Below, in pieces: positions 63,698-64,000 of a DNA stretch of 64,000 nucleotides. The position numbers and the translations under genes were made by a program. How positions within the stretch are numbered: position 1 is the first letter of the stretch; each line of letters begins with the position of its first letter. The notes beneath the pieces were generated by a model, which saw only the letters and a list, made by a program, of their open reading frames with translations, was not told the origin of the DNA and ran no database searches. The DNA is from Coleofasciculus chthonoplastes F2-STO-03. GTDB taxonomy: Bacteria; Cyanobacteriota; Cyanobacteriia; Cyanobacteriales; Coleofasciculaceae. The stretch is taken from the NCBI GenBank assembly GCA_040222015.1, contig JAVJWO010000067.1:1-64000 (forward strand), read 5' to 3'.

Positions 63698-64000
63698 TTA
63701 TGACTGATTACTTTTTTGGGATGGAGGGGAAGAACCCCCTGGACATTGAATAGTATTCTCCACCACTTCCGGTTGACTGGGAGGCGTTTGTGACGGTTGA
63801 TTCGTTTGACAAATTTGATCACTCGTTGAGTCTCCAGTGACAAACACTGCTCCGGTATAACTCCTTAAATCCGGTTTTTTGGCTTGCGCCGTAACCAGCG
63901 CCTCCTGTTGATTCGCGGAGACTATCTGATACTGGTAAGATTCAGGTTGTGATTGGAAGGGAATTGCCAACTCCTCGAAGCTAGAGGCAAATTTTTCATG
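63698..64000 (-). CDS. Type IV pilin-like G/H family protein, C-terminal part (runs off window)
   Basis: KFASSFEELAI...YQYQI...TAQAKKPDLRSYTGAVF...ICQTNQPS...CP-GS. Confidence 0.75.
   Translation of the reverse strand, partial: HEKFASSFEELAIPFQSQPESYQYQIVSANQQEALVTAQAKKPDLRSYTGAVFVTGDSTSDQICQTNQPSQTPPSQPEVVENTIQCPGGSSPPSQKSNQS

Overview
Chromosomal window from a filamentous cyanobacterium, inferred from abundant HIP1 GCGATCGC octamers, STRR heptamer tracts, GTAG-type palindromic repeats and ycf37 near rplT-rpmI; Coleofasciculus-like is a guess. Housekeeping genes (pyrG, metG, lepB, pyrC, ycf37, rplT, rpmI, ppsA, amidase, MscS) are interleaved with an expanded accessory system present as two parallel loci (about 12-25 kb and 46-64 kb). 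Each locus has a soluble HTH + AAA-like ATPase gene, followed on the same strand by an AAA-like ATPase-TM-CHASE2 receptor gene with no kinase or cyclase output. Each also has a DUF928 gene, a CHAT (caspase-like) protease, a TpsA/FHA-like exoprotein and a divergently transcribed secreted-protein gene (PEP-CTERM protein or RTX metalloprotease). Both divergent intergenic regions carry 10-bp-period direct-repeat arrays that look like operators, and one motif (TGATA(C/G/T)NT) is shared between the two loci. I propose a kinase-free, ATPase-pair transmembrane signalling system; this is inference. The window also holds several decayed genes (nonsense-mutated vapC, an internally deleted trpB2, a kinase-TPR gene collapsed by microhomology, a tpsA tail). 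Other items are palindromic repeats inserted in frame in coding sequences, a MITE family, a candidate sRNA and an Rpn nuclease with a candidate internal antitoxin start. No CRISPR array, rRNA or tRNA was recognised.
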